From: the human T2T-CHM13v2.0 reference genome, Homo sapiens
Assembly: GCF_009914755.1 (NCBI RefSeq)
Contig: NC_060933.1
Length of the DNA: 64,000 bases
Reading direction: 5' to 3' (one strand)
This document shows, in pieces, positions 63,690 through 64,000 of the stretch. Below the pieces are notes generated by a model that was given only the letters and a program-made list of their open reading frames with translations, was not told the DNA's origin and searched no databases. Positions within the stretch are counted from its first letter, which is position 1. Each line of letters begins with the position of its first letter. The translations under genes were made by a program, and so were the position numbers.

Positions 63690-64000
63690 GTGAGTATTAA
63701 TAAATATATGCACCCATGAAACCACAATAAAATCAACATACAGAACATTTCCATAATACACAAATACTCCTTTTGCACTATTGTACTCAGTCACTTTCTA
63801 CATGTTTAGCTTCAAATAATCAACAATGTGCTTTCTGTTTCAGTAATTCAATTTCATTTTGTAGAAATTTAATGCTGAGTAGCACTCTATTGCATGGGTA
63901 TAACACATTTGTTTATTCCCTTTTTGAGGGGCATTTGAGTTATTTATACTTTTTGGCTATTGGATGTAAAGCTACTATGGACATTCTTGCTAATTCTCTC
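63690..64000 (-). mobile_element. Old L1M (L1ME/MB-type) 3' fragments
   Basis: 'cacccatgaaaccac...cagaacatttccat', 'tgctgagtagcactctattgcatgg', 'aaagctactatggacattcttg'. Confidence 0.6.

Overview
This is 64 kb of AT-rich, gene-poor primate genomic DNA. It is almost certainly human, because it carries an Alu with all five AluYa5 diagnostic bases. I see no convincing cellular protein-coding gene, RNA gene, CpG island or prokaryotic-type system. Every long ORF in the track is a decayed LINE-1 ORF1/ORF2 fragment or an Alu read-through. The main elements are a 5'-truncated L1PA4-like LINE-1 (9892-14327, minus) and a full-length but dead L1PA7/8-like LINE-1 (56481-63596, plus, 16-bp TSD, two Alu insertions). 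Also present are several older L1M pieces, about a dozen Alus from FAM to AluYa5, MaLR/ERVL LTRs, DNA-transposon relics, MIR/L2 fragments and microsatellites. The most interesting observations are structural: an open antisense ORF0-like frame in the L1PA7/8 5'UTR; a probable internally deleted L1MA; a 44-bp inverted duplication of an LTR end inside a TA microsatellite; an Alu with an internally inverted linker; a 108-bp dispersed duplication; a four-element transposon nest; and a few splice-site-bounded candidate exons. Subfamily names come from recalled consensus motifs, not a RepeatMasker run, and boundaries of old elements are approximate. I did not find a new biological system.
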